Source: Alphaproteobacteria bacterium
GTDB lineage: Bacteria > Pseudomonadota > Alphaproteobacteria > Rickettsiales > UBA998
Reading direction: 5' to 3'
Assembly (NCBI GenBank): GCA_043765375.1
Contig: JAYUJH010000016.1
Location: 27,846-91,845 of the forward strand
DNA length: 64,000 nt
A program made the position numbers and the translations under genes. Shown here one piece after another: positions 38,053 to 47,902 of the stretch. The notes beneath the pieces are model-generated. The model was not told the DNA's origin and did not search any database. It saw nothing but the letters and a program-made list of their open reading frames with translations. Numbering within the stretch: the stretch's first letter is position 1; each line of letters starts with the position of its first letter.

Positions 38053-40767
38053 ATGGCGCAGCATCAATCATTAGATAGTTTTAAGTCACTGGATAGTTTC
38101 AAAGCACGCTCAATCCTAAATGTAGGGGCGCAGGAATATGTTTATTATTCTTTGCCAATAGCAGCGAAAGCATTGGGTTTTGAATTGGATAATATGCCAT
38201 ATTCGTTGAAAGTTTTGTTTGAAAATATGTTGCGTTATGAAGATGGAAATACGGTTACAAAATCTGATATCCAAGCATTTGCAGATTGGCTGAAAACTGG
38301 AAAATCGGAGCATGAAATTGCCTATCGCCCTGCTCGTGTGCTGATGCAGGATTTTACAGGCGTTCCCGCCGTGGTGGATTTGGCGGCGATGCGTGATGCA
38401 GTAGCCCGCAAAGGTGGCAATTCAAGCGTGATTAACCCGCTTTCACCCGTTGATTTGGTGATTGACCATTCGGTGATGGTGGATAATTATGGTGAAGCTG
38501 ATTCATATGCGAAAAATGTTGCGCTAGAGATGGAGCGCAATGGTGAGCGATATGAGTTTTTGCGCTGGGGGCAAGATGCGTTTGCTAACTTCAGAGTTGT
38601 GCCACCAGGGACAGGGATTTGTCATCAAGTTAATCTTGAATATTTAGCGCAAGGTGTGTGGACAAAAGAGGAGCATGGTGCCAATGGAAAGTTAGAAGTT
38701 GTTGCTTATCCTGATACACTCGTTGGAACTGACAGCCATACAACTATGATTAATGGTTTGGGCGTTCTAGGTTGGGGCGTTGGCGGGATTGAAGCGGAAG
38801 CAGCAATGCTTGGGCAGCCCGTTTCTATGCTAATTCCCGATGTGATTGGGTTCAAGCTGGAAGGCGCACTTGCTGAGGGCGTAACCGCAACTGACCTTGT
38901 GCTAACAGCGGTTGAAATATTGCGCAAAGCTGGGGTTGTCGGCAAGTTTGTTGAGTTCTACGGCTCGGGCTTGGCGAATATGTCATTGGCGGATCGGGCG
39001 ACGATTGCGAATATGGCACCTGAATATGGCGCAACTTGTGGAATATTCCCAATAGATTCTGAGACAATTGCTTATTTGCATTTGAGCGGACGTGAAGAAC
39101 AGCGCATTGCATTGGTGGAAGCATATGCTAAGGCGCAAGGAATGTGGCGTAATGATTCAGCAAAAATCAAGTTTAGTGATGAATTATATCTCAATATTAG
39201 CGATGTTTTGCCTTGCATTTCGGGGCCAAAACGCCCGCAAGATAAGATTTTGCTAACAAATGCGGTGGCATCATTTGTGAAAGAACTGCCAAGCCTAAAT
39301 GTGGGAACACATGCGTCAACGGATAAAATCGCTGTGAAGGATAAGGATTTTGCAATTAGCCATGGCGATGTGGTGATTGCAGCAATCACGAGTTGCACCA
39401 ACACTTCCAACCCTAGCGTGATGATAGCGGCGGGATTAGTTGCTCGCAAAGCTCGCGCGCTTGGTTTGCAGGTGAAGCCGTGGGTTAAAACCTCGCTCGC
39501 CCCTGGCTCTAAGGTAGTGACGGAATATCTGAAGGCAGCGGGCTTGCAAGAGGATTTGGACGCAATGGGTTTCAATCTAGTGGGCTATGGTTGCACCACT
39601 TGCATTGGTAATTCAGGGCCTTTAATGAGTGAGATTGAGGATATTGTTAAATCAGAGAAGCTGGTCGTTGCCTCGGTTTTGTCGGGCAATCGCAATTTTG
39701 AAGGGCGAGTTCACCCGCTGGTGAAGGCTAATTATCTTGCATCGCCTCCATTAGTGGTGGCTTATGCTTTGGCAGGGTCGTTATACATTGATATAACCAA
39801 AGATATGTTGGGGACGGATACTAATGGCAAGCCCGTTTATTTGGCGGATATTTGGCCAAGCAATGCCGAAATAAAGCAAGTGGTGCAAAAATGTGTCACT
39901 CGTGATATGTTTATGCGTAAATATAAAGATGTGTTTAGTGGTGATGAATTGTGGCAAGCAATCAAACCCGCCAAAAGCAACACTTACTCATGGAACAGTG
40001 CAAGCACTTATGTGCAGCACCCACCATTTTTTGAAGATGCAACGATGGATTTAAGCGACATTCACGGAGCGAAATTATTGGCAATTTTGGGGGATAGCGT
40101 CACAACTGACCATATTTCACCCGCTGGAAACATTGCAAACAACTCTCCCGCAGCGCAATATTTGCAGGCGAACAAAGTTGAGCGAGTGGATTTCAATTCT
40201 TATGGTGCTAGGCGTGGCAACCATGAAGTGATGATGCGTGGCACATTTGCCAATATACGTATCAAAAATGAGATGTTGCAAGGAGTTGAGGGCGGGTTAA
40301 CCAAATATATTCCATCTGGTGAACAAATGGCGATATATGATGCAGCAATGCGTTATCAAGCAGATGGCACGCCACTTGTTATTATGGCAGGCAAGGAATA
40401 TGGCACGGGTTCATCTCGTGATTGGGCAGCCAAAGGCACAAGATTGCTTGGCGTGAAGGCGGTGATTGCTGAGAGTTTTGAACGAATCCACCGCTCCAAT
40501 TTAGTGGGAATGGGGATCTTGCCCCTAGTTTTCAATGATGGATTAACTCGCCATGATTTGAAATTAACTGGCGATGAAACTTTTGCCTTTAGCGGAATTG
40601 GCAAGTTAAGCCCCGCTTGCAATATTGGGTGCGAAATTAAATATGCAAATGGTGAGGTTAAAAATATCAATTTATTATGCCGTATTGACACACAAAATGA
40701 GCTGGAATATTATAAATCAGGCGGAATATTGCAATATGTAATGTTAGGTTTGACAAATGCTGCATAA
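38053..40767 (+). CDS. acnA: Aconitate hydratase A
   Basis: The length is 904 aa. The motifs VGTDSHTTM, ITSCTNTSNP, GCTTCIGNSG and GSSRDWAAKG are present. An SLDSFK x2 duplication lies at the N-terminus. Confidence 0.95.
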   Translation: MAQHQSLDSFKSLDSFKARSILNVGAQEYVYYSLPIAAKALGFELDNMPYSLKVLFENMLRYEDGNTVTKSDIQAFADWLKTGKSEHEIAYRPARVLMQDFTGVPAVVDLAAMRDAVARKGGNSSVINPLSPVDLVIDHSVMVDNYGEADSYAKNVALEMERNGERYEFLRWGQDAFANFRVVPPGTGICHQVNLEYLAQGVWTKEEHGANGKLEVVAYPDTLVGTDSHTTMINGLGVLGWGVGGIEAEAAMLGQPVSMLIPDVIGFKLEGALAEGVTATDLVLTAVEILRKAGVVGKFVEFYGSGLANMSLADRATIANMAPEYGATCGIFPIDSETIAYLHLSGREEQRIALVEAYAKAQGMWRNDSAKIKFSDELYLNISDVLPCISGPKRPQDKILLTNAVASFVKELPSLNVGTHASTDKIAVKDKDFAISHGDVVIAAITSCTNTSNPSVMIAAGLVARKARALGLQVKPWVKTSLAPGSKVVTEYLKAAGLQEDLDAMGFNLVGYGCTTCIGNSGPLMSEIEDIVKSEKLVVASVLSGNRNFEGRVHPLVKANYLASPPLVVAYALAGSLYIDITKDMLGTDTNGKPVYLADIWPSNAEIKQVVQKCVTRDMFMRKYKDVFSGDELWQAIKPAKSNTYSWNSASTYVQHPPFFEDATMDLSDIHGAKLLAILGDSVTTDHISPAGNIANNSPAAQYLQANKVERVDFNSYGARRGNHEVMMRGTFANIRIKNEMLQGVEGGLTKYIPSGEQMAIYDAAMRYQADGTPLVIMAGKEYGTGSSRDWAAKGTRLLGVKAVIAESFERIHRSNLVGMGILPLVFNDGLTRHDLKLTGDETFAFSGIGKLSPACNIGCEIKYANGEVKNINLLCRIDTQNELEYYKSGGILQYVMLGLTNAA

Positions 40768-40819
40768 ATCTATATTTTAAGATTAATATGAAAATCAAAG
40801 TAAAAGTGGGTGCTATTGC

Positions 40820-41173
40820 ATGAATACAGATAAATATGATCCAGATAATATTTCCCGAATCATTATGTTGATTTATGGAACGATGGAACATGGTGGGCCA
40901 TTTTGGTGTTATGTAGCGGTGAAGCCAAGCATGTATGACGCTTTCAAATCCGCTGAAACTGGTGGAACGTTGGATTTATATGAGTTTGAGCCATATGGTG
41001 AAATTATTGTTTCAGCGGAGGGCGAAGTTCCACCCGATGAAGTGACGATCAAAGTTGCGGAAATGTATGGCACTGACCCTAGCACATTCTTTCAACCAAT
41101 TGACCCTAAAAAAGTTATTGCGGAAAAAATCCAAGAACTGAAAGATATGGAAGAGCAACAGGCAAACGGTTAG
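40820..41173 (+). CDS. Hypothetical acidic protein (117 aa)
   Basis: The ORF has coding-like composition. I recognise no motif. Confidence 0.35.
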   Translation: MNTDKYDPDNISRIIMLIYGTMEHGGPFWCYVAVKPSMYDAFKSAETGGTLDLYEFEPYGEIIVSAEGEVPPDEVTIKVAEMYGTDPSTFFQPIDPKKVIAEKIQELKDMEEQQANG

Positions 41174-41243
41174 AATAAATATTGAACGAGGCTTTAGGCA
41201 AGACAAAACAATATTTGAGAGAATATAACATTAAAATATAGTT

Positions 41244-42089
41244 GTGTTGCGGGGGCTGTATTTTAGCAAAAGTTCGTTTGAATGTGTTAATATATATGTA
41301 TATATGACAAAATTAACAATATTAGGGTGTGGTGCATCATCTGGCGTGCCAATAATAGGTTGTGAATGTGCAGTTTGTTGTTCAGATAATCCGAAAAACA
41401 AGCGATTGCGGGCGAGCGTGGTGTTTGAAAATGAGAGCGGTTCAAAGCTACTGATTGATGCGTCACCTGATTTGCGTCAACAGGCACTAGCGAATAATAT
41501 AACCCAAGTTGATGGTTTGATAATCACTCACGCACATGCTGACCATTGCCACGGGCTTGATGATTTTCGCCCGTTTAACTTCAGTAAAAATGATGCGATA
41601 GATTTGGTTGCAACACAATATACTATGAATGAGCTAAAAGAACGGTTCGCCTATGTTTTCAAGGAGCATAAGCACCAATATGGTTGGTATAAACCCGCAT
41701 TTAATGAGCGAATAATAGATGTGCAAAATGCGCCTGCGTCAGTTGAAGTGGCTGGCATGAAGACAATTATTTTTCAACAAACTCATGGCAGAATTAACAC
41801 GCTCGGGGTGCGAGTGGGTGATATCGCTTATTCTACTGATGTAAATCACTTGAGTGATGCGGCGTTTGCAGCATTGGCGGGCGTGGAAATATGGGTGGTG
41901 GATTGCCTGCGTTATACGCCTGCGCCCACTCATTCGCATTTGGAGCAAACCTTAAAATGGATTGAGCGGGTGAAACCTAAGAGGGCAATCTTAACTCACA
42001 TGGCGCATGAAATAGGTTATGATGAGTTGCGTCACATTTTACCCACCAACGTTGAACCAGCTTATGATGGCATGATTTTGGAAGTATAA
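41244..42089 (+). CDS. MBL-fold metallo-hydrolase (PhnP-like)
   Basis: The motif ITHAHADH and the N-terminus LTILGCGASSGVP are present. The likely true start is the ATG at about 41304. Confidence 0.7.
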   Translation: MLRGLYFSKSSFECVNIYVYMTKLTILGCGASSGVPIIGCECAVCCSDNPKNKRLRASVVFENESGSKLLIDASPDLRQQALANNITQVDGLIITHAHADHCHGLDDFRPFNFSKNDAIDLVATQYTMNELKERFAYVFKEHKHQYGWYKPAFNERIIDVQNAPASVEVAGMKTIIFQQTHGRINTLGVRVGDIAYSTDVNHLSDAAFAALAGVEIWVVDCLRYTPAPTHSHLEQTLKWIERVKPKRAILTHMAHEIGYDELRHILPTNVEPAYDGMILEV

Positions 42090-42130
42090 TTGATATTTTC
42101 ATTTGCCAGTTTTTAATTCATCAATTATAA

Positions 42131-44131
42131 GTGCAAGTTATGTTTAATAAAATATTGATAGCAAATCGTGGCGAAATCGCCCTTAGAGTCATGCAAACCT
42201 GCCGTAAAATGGGGATAAAAACCGTTGCGGTTTATTCTGAGGCGGATACTAACTCACGCCATGTGAAAGAGGCTGATGAGGCAATTTATATTGGCCCGTC
42301 GCCATCAGCACAAAGTTACCTCAATATACCCGCAATACTTGACGCAGTTGACCAAACGGGGGCGCAAGCGGTTCACCCCGGATATGGTTTTTTGTCAGAA
42401 AATCCACTATTCGCTGAAGCATTGGAAAAGCGGGGAGTTGCTTTGATTGGCCCTTCATCATCGGCAATTCGGGCGATGGGTGACAAAATTGAATCCAAAA
42501 AATTGGCTAAAAAAGCTGGCGTAAATGTTGTCCCCGGGGGGATTGATGCGGTTAGCACTTTAACGGAAGCCAAGAAACAATCGGCAAAAATTGGCTATCC
42601 TGTGATGATTAAAGCAGCGGCGGGCGGTGGTGGCAAGGGCATGCGAGTGGCATGGTCAGAAGATGAGCTAAAAGATGGAATGCGCCTTGCATCATCGGAA
42701 GCACGTTCAAGTTTTGGTGATGCAAGGGTGTTTATTGAAAAGTTTTTTGATAATCCTCGCCATATTGAGATTCAAATATTAGCGGATAAGCATGGTAATA
42801 TTGTGCATTTGGGTGAGCGTGAATGTTCAATTCAACGCCGTCATCAAAAGGTGATTGAGGAAGCTCCGAGTTCTTTTGTTGATCCAGCGTTACGGGCGAA
42901 AATGGGGCGACAATCAGTTGCTCTTGCCAAAAAAGTGGGCTATTTTTCAGTTGGAACTGTTGAGTTTATTGTTGATGACAAGAAAAACTTTTACTTTCTG
43001 GAGATGAATACAAGATTGCAAGTTGAACATCGTGTGACGGAATTAATCACTGATATTGATTTAGTGGAATGGATGATTAGGATAGCAGATGGTGACAAGC
43101 TAGATTTTGCACAAAAAGATGTGCAATTTAATGGTTGGGCGTTTGAATCACGGGTTTATGCGGAAGACCCTAAGCGTGGATTTTTACCTTCCATCGGGCG
43201 CATAACTCGCTATGAAGAGCCGCAAGCGCAAGCTGATGAACGCATTTTAATTGATACGGGTATTTATGGCGGGGGTGAGGTGAGCATGTTTTATGACCCG
43301 ATGATTGCCAAAGTTTGCACCCACGCAAGCAATCGTCCCGCTGCGTTAGAGAGCATGAAATCTGCATTGGCAGCTTATGTGGTGGAAGGGGTTGCGCATA
43401 ATATTAGCTTTTTGCAATCAATTCTCAATCATGACCGCTTCAAACGGGGAGATATCTCCACTAATTTTATTGCACAGGAATATCCCGAGGGTTACGCCAA
43501 ATCAACACTTACAGATGAAAATCTGCGAGTGTTTATTGGCGTTGGAGTATTCGCATATCTCAAAGATGCAAATAGGGCGGCGCAAACAACGGGGCAGTTG
43601 GCGGGCTATCATCGTGTGATTGCAGCTCGTTGGGTGGTGCATATTGATGGCAGTGATTATCCAATTATTGCAACAAAAGTTGATGGTGGATATGATATTA
43701 GCTTTGGCACTGGCGTTGCAACAGTTCGTTCAAATTGGGAGCTAGGGCGGAGATTATTTCAAGGGACGGTTAATGATGAGCCAATTAGTGTGCAAATCAA
43801 GCCAATAACGGAAGGGTTTGAGCTACATTATGGCGGTTCAGAAACTAAAGTGAAAGTGCGAACGCCACGGGTGGCAGAACTTGCGGTGCATATGCCAAAA
43901 ACTGATGAAGCGGATAATCGCAATCAACTTTATGCACCGATAACTGGGTTGGTGGCAAGCGTTGGTGTGAAAGAAGGGGATCAAGTTTATGCGGGGCAGG
44001 AATTGCTGAGCATTGAGGCGATGAAAATGCAAAATATTTTCAAAGCGTCGCATGATTCAATTGTGCGCAAATTATATGTTGAGGCAGGCAAGACAATTCG
44101 TGCAAATCAGTTGATGATTGAGTTTGAATGA
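42131..44131 (+). CDS. pccA: Biotin-dependent acyl-CoA carboxylase alpha subunit (propionyl-CoA carboxylase PccA-like)
   Basis: It has a biotin carboxylase N-terminus (KILIANRGEIA), the ATP-grasp motif GGGGKGMR and a C-terminal biotinyl motif EAMKMQN. The length is 666 aa. The likely start is the ATG at about 42140. Confidence 0.85.
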   Translation: MQVMFNKILIANRGEIALRVMQTCRKMGIKTVAVYSEADTNSRHVKEADEAIYIGPSPSAQSYLNIPAILDAVDQTGAQAVHPGYGFLSENPLFAEALEKRGVALIGPSSSAIRAMGDKIESKKLAKKAGVNVVPGGIDAVSTLTEAKKQSAKIGYPVMIKAAAGGGGKGMRVAWSEDELKDGMRLASSEARSSFGDARVFIEKFFDNPRHIEIQILADKHGNIVHLGERECSIQRRHQKVIEEAPSSFVDPALRAKMGRQSVALAKKVGYFSVGTVEFIVDDKKNFYFLEMNTRLQVEHRVTELITDIDLVEWMIRIADGDKLDFAQKDVQFNGWAFESRVYAEDPKRGFLPSIGRITRYEEPQAQADERILIDTGIYGGGEVSMFYDPMIAKVCTHASNRPAALESMKSALAAYVVEGVAHNISFLQSILNHDRFKRGDISTNFIAQEYPEGYAKSTLTDENLRVFIGVGVFAYLKDANRAAQTTGQLAGYHRVIAARWVVHIDGSDYPIIATKVDGGYDISFGTGVATVRSNWELGRRLFQGTVNDEPISVQIKPITEGFELHYGGSETKVKVRTPRVAELAVHMPKTDEADNRNQLYAPITGLVASVGVKEGDQVYAGQELLSIEAMKMQNIFKASHDSIVRKLYVEAGKTIRANQLMIEFE

Positions 44132-44140
44132 TGGATATGA

Positions 44141-44461
44141 GTGGTTATTATGACTGATAATTTGGTGATTTTTGAACAATATAATATCCGCAGAATATAT
44201 GATGATAAAACCGAAACATGGTTTTTCTCAGTGATTGATGTGGTGCAAGCATTGATTGAACAAGCTGATTATCAGGCTGCGAGGAAATATTGGAACAAGT
44301 TAAAGCAAAGATTGAGCGAAGAAGGAAGTGAACTGGTGACAAATTGTCACCAGTTGAAAATGACGGCAAATGACGGCAAAGTGCGCTTAACCGATGTTGC
44401 AAATGCGCAAACATTATTGCGATTAATTCAATCTAAAACAAAAAATATTGCTATTAAATGA
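44141..44461 (+). CDS. Truncated Bro-N/DinD-like DNA-binding domain protein (probable remnant of a mobile-element gene)
   Basis: The segment FEQYNIRRIYDDKTETWFFSVIDVVQAL...YWNKLKQRL...LKMTANDGKVRLTDVANAQTLLRLIQS matches the Bro-N family core. It ends where full-length members continue (IPSPKAEPFK...). Confidence 0.55.
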   Translation: MVIMTDNLVIFEQYNIRRIYDDKTETWFFSVIDVVQALIEQADYQAARKYWNKLKQRLSEEGSELVTNCHQLKMTANDGKVRLTDVANAQTLLRLIQSKTKNIAIK

Positions 44462-45585
44462 CAAATGTTGCAACATTAAAGGTTGATTTGCAAGTATTGG
44501 TTGCTAATTGGCAAACTCTTTCACGGTTGCATGGTGGCGAAAAACCAGATATGACGGCTGCGGTGGTGAAGGCAAATGCTTATGGGTTGGGAGCGGTGCA
44601 AGCGGTTGAATCCTTGCAAAATGCTGGGTGCAAGCATTTTTTTGTTGCCACATTAAGCGAGGCGATTGCTTTACGGCAAAATATTAATATAGCCAAAGAG
44701 GCATTCAAGCCTGAGATATATGTTTTTCAAGGCGTGCTTAAAGGCGAAGAAAGCGAATATCTGCATCATGAATTACACCCTATCATCAACCATGTTGCGG
44801 GTTTGAAAGCGTGGCTTGCGGTGCAAAATGATGCAAAGGCAAAATCCGCTATTATTAATATTGATTCTGGTATGAACCGTCTGGGGTTGAGTGCATCAGA
44901 TTTGGACGATGAAACAATATTGCAAATGGCGAAATCCCTAAAAGCGGATTTACTGATGACGCATTATGCTTGTGCATCGGATTTGAGCCACCCAAAAAAT
45001 GCACATCAATTTGAGGTGATGAAGCGGGTGGAAAAACAATTGCCACATTTAACTACCTGCTATGCGAACTCGGCAGCACATTTTCTGCCCCGCAATTATC
45101 ATGGTGCAATATCTCGCCCCGGTTGCGCCCTTTATGGGATTAACCCGCTGGATAATAATACAGCTTGCCATTCATCGTCGCAAATGCAGCCAGTTGCCGA
45201 GCTTTCTGCTCCAATTTTGCAATTGCGAACTTTGCATAAATCAGAGGTGATTGGATATGGCGCAACCGAAACTCTGCCCAAAGGTGCAATTATATTGACG
45301 GCAGGAATTGGTTATGCTGATGGGATTCACCGCCAAGCAAGCCATAGTTTATATGGGTTTATGGGGGAGCATCGCTTGCCACAAATTGGGCGCATCACGA
45401 TGGATATGACCTGCTATAATGCAAGCAATGTGCCGCAATCTGTGTTGGAGAGCGCAAGCAGCCTCATGATAATAGATAAAACACAGCAAACCGTTAATGA
45501 TTTAGCGAGTATTTATAACACAATCGGCTATGAAGTGCTGACCTCAATTGGCGAACGTGTTAAAAGGGAATATACCACAAAATAA
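44458..45585 (+). CDS. alr: Alanine racemase
   Basis: The PLP lysine motif AVVKANAYGLG is present and the length is 375 aa. The start overlaps the preceding ORF by 4 nt. Confidence 0.85.
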   Translation: MTNVATLKVDLQVLVANWQTLSRLHGGEKPDMTAAVVKANAYGLGAVQAVESLQNAGCKHFFVATLSEAIALRQNINIAKEAFKPEIYVFQGVLKGEESEYLHHELHPIINHVAGLKAWLAVQNDAKAKSAIINIDSGMNRLGLSASDLDDETILQMAKSLKADLLMTHYACASDLSHPKNAHQFEVMKRVEKQLPHLTTCYANSAAHFLPRNYHGAISRPGCALYGINPLDNNTACHSSSQMQPVAELSAPILQLRTLHKSEVIGYGATETLPKGAIILTAGIGYADGIHRQASHSLYGFMGEHRLPQIGRITMDMTCYNASNVPQSVLESASSLMIIDKTQQTVNDLASIYNTIGYEVLTSIGERVKREYTTK

Positions 45586-45662
45586 AAAATCTTATATAGT
45601 TAAAAACCCTATACAGTTGCAGATAAACGCACTATATATGGAGTGTAATATATGGATTTTTT

Positions 45663-47048
45663 ATGAAAATATCACCAAACGAAATGTCACCAAACGAAAC
45701 ATCGCCTCAAGCAGTGCTTACCAATACAAAATCGCCCCTAGCACCGCAAGAATATGCTATATTACCCGCCATTAAAGGGGTGCAGATATCCACCATTAAT
45801 GCTGGAATAAAATATCAAGGGCGGGACGAAATGCTATTAATGAGTTTTGTTGATGCCCATAATAGTAATAATTATAATAATGATGAAGATAGTGGGGCGC
45901 ATATTGCTGGTGTTTATACACGTTCGCAAACTGCTGCTGCACCCGTTGCATGGTGTCGGGCGGCTTGTGCTGGTGGCAAAATCAAAGCATTGCTGGTGAA
46001 TGCGGGTAATGCAAACGCATTTACGGGGGCAAAAGGTGTTGCGGATACGCAAATATTGGCTGAAACAGTCGCCAAACATTTGAATTGTGACGCTGAAGAC
46101 GTGATGATTTGCTCCACGGGAGTGATTGGTGAGTTTTTACCGATTGACAAAATGGTGCAAGGGATTCACGGCTTGATTGATGGCTTGATTGATGGCTTAA
46201 AAACATCGCAAGATAAATCTGCAACCCTTGATGCAACTTTTGGCGCAAATGGTGATTGTTGGGCAAAAGCCGCAAAAACTATTATGACAACCGATACATT
46301 CCCAAAAATTCTTACTCGCACAGTGAAAATTGGTGATACTACCGTTAATATCAATGGAATTGCCAAAGGGTCTGGTATGATTGCCCCTGACATGGCGACA
46401 ATGCTTGGTTTTATTGTTACTGATGCCAACTTGCCGTCATATGTGTTGCAACCATTACTCTCTCGTTATGCACAAAAAACTTTCAATTCCATCACGGTGG
46501 ATAGTGATACTTCAACGAATGATACATTGCTATTAATCGCAACGGGGGCAGCTTCACATGCGCCAATAAGCAATGCAGGTGATGAATTACTGGACGATTT
46601 CAAGGCGGGATTGCGTGATTTAATGCAAGATTTGGCGATACAAATTATATGTGATGGCGAGGGTGCAACTAAACTTATCACGATTAATGTGAGTGGTGCT
46701 GAAAATGAAGAATCCGCAAGAATAATTGGGTTAGCAGTTGCCAATTCTCCGTTAGTCAAAACCGCATTAGCCGCAGGCGATCCAAATTGGGGGCGCATTA
46801 TCGCCGCAATTGGTAAATCTGAACGCTGGGTCAATGAGCATAATATCACCTTGCATATTGGTGATGAATTAGTTGCAAGCGGGGCGTGCGTTGCCGCATC
46901 TTACTCGGAGGCAAAGGCAAAGCAACATTTAGCATTATCACATGTAAATCTACATATTAATGTGGGAGTGGGTGAAGGCAAAGCTACTGTGTGGACGTGC
47001 GACCTAACCGAAGATTATATCAAAATTAACGCTAATTACAGAACATAA
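45663..47048 (+). CDS. argJ: Bifunctional glutamate N-acetyltransferase/amino-acid acetyltransferase ArgJ
   Basis: The autoprocessing site PDMATMLGFIVTDA and the motifs SITVDSDTSTND and DPNWGRI are present. It contains SPNE(M/T) and GLID microduplications. Confidence 0.9.
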   Translation: MKISPNEMSPNETSPQAVLTNTKSPLAPQEYAILPAIKGVQISTINAGIKYQGRDEMLLMSFVDAHNSNNYNNDEDSGAHIAGVYTRSQTAAAPVAWCRAACAGGKIKALLVNAGNANAFTGAKGVADTQILAETVAKHLNCDAEDVMICSTGVIGEFLPIDKMVQGIHGLIDGLIDGLKTSQDKSATLDATFGANGDCWAKAAKTIMTTDTFPKILTRTVKIGDTTVNINGIAKGSGMIAPDMATMLGFIVTDANLPSYVLQPLLSRYAQKTFNSITVDSDTSTNDTLLLIATGAASHAPISNAGDELLDDFKAGLRDLMQDLAIQIICDGEGATKLITINVSGAENEESARIIGLAVANSPLVKTALAAGDPNWGRIIAAIGKSERWVNEHNITLHIGDELVASGACVAASYSEAKAKQHLALSHVNLHINVGVGEGKATVWTCDLTEDYIKINANYRT

Positions 47049-47055
47049 AGAAATC

Positions 47056-47793
47056 ATGAAAATATTTATCCTTATATTTGTTTTAACAATTCATATTAAT
47101 GTGATGGTTGGTGGTGCAATTGATGGTGCAAATGCACAAACGCAATATACGCCACCAGCTCCAGCAATAAAACAGCAAACTCCAGTGATGCAGCAACCGC
47201 AACAGGCACAGCCACAACAACGGGCGCAACAACAACTGGCTCAACAACGGCAAATCATGCCAACTCACCAAATCATCAAGGAGCGTAGCAAAATATCCTA
47301 TTCCAGCAAAGTTAATGGGCAGTTGATGGAAGGTGATTTCAAAGATTATAACGCATTAATTAGTTTCAATCCGCAAATGCCACAAAATAGCTATTTGCGT
47401 TTTAACTTCAAGCTATCACCGCAAACAATTTCCACTAACAACGCCAATATTCCGCAGGGTATTTTGGGAGCGCAATTGGCGCAACTGGGTATTTCTATTC
47501 CCGCAACATTTGAGGCAAGGGAGCTGGAGATAATTAGTGGCAATGATTATCGGGGGCGAGGGGTGCTGAGCCTGATGGGGCAGCAACAAGTGATTGAGTT
47601 TCAATTATTGGTGATTAATGGTGATGAGCCGTTATTTGGTGATGAGCAAGGGGTGGTGAGTTTCACTACTTATTTCAATATTAATCGCTTAAAGTTTGGA
47701 CGATTCAAAGGCGAAGCCGCATCGGGTTATAAAGTCTCTAACGACATCACCATCACCGCCAATTTAGTAACCAAAGTTATCGCAAAACGATAG
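47056..47793 (+). CDS. Secreted YceI-like domain protein with a Q-rich linker
   Basis: A signal peptide is present. The segment KISYSSKVNGQLMEGDFKDYNALISFNPQ resembles the YceI beta-barrel N-terminal pattern. Confidence 0.45.
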   Translation: MKIFILIFVLTIHINVMVGGAIDGANAQTQYTPPAPAIKQQTPVMQQPQQAQPQQRAQQQLAQQRQIMPTHQIIKERSKISYSSKVNGQLMEGDFKDYNALISFNPQMPQNSYLRFNFKLSPQTISTNNANIPQGILGAQLAQLGISIPATFEARELEIISGNDYRGRGVLSLMGQQQVIEFQLLVINGDEPLFGDEQGVVSFTTYFNINRLKFGRFKGEAASGYKVSNDITITANLVTKVIAKR

Positions 47794-47865
47794 GATAATC
47801 AGTTCCACAAAACACGAAACCCCCAAAATATAAAAAACTCTATAAAACATAAAACTCCACAAACA

Positions 47866-47902
47866 ATGAAACCCTATAAATAATGAAACCCTATAAATAA
47901 TG
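47866..47902 (+). repeat. 17-bp tandem duplication of the ccmE start region, creating two MKPYK* mini-ORFs chained by TAATG overlaps
   Basis: The sequence reads ATGAAACCCTATAAATA x2 and is directly followed by ATGAAAGCAAG, the ccmE start at 47900. Confidence 0.7.
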
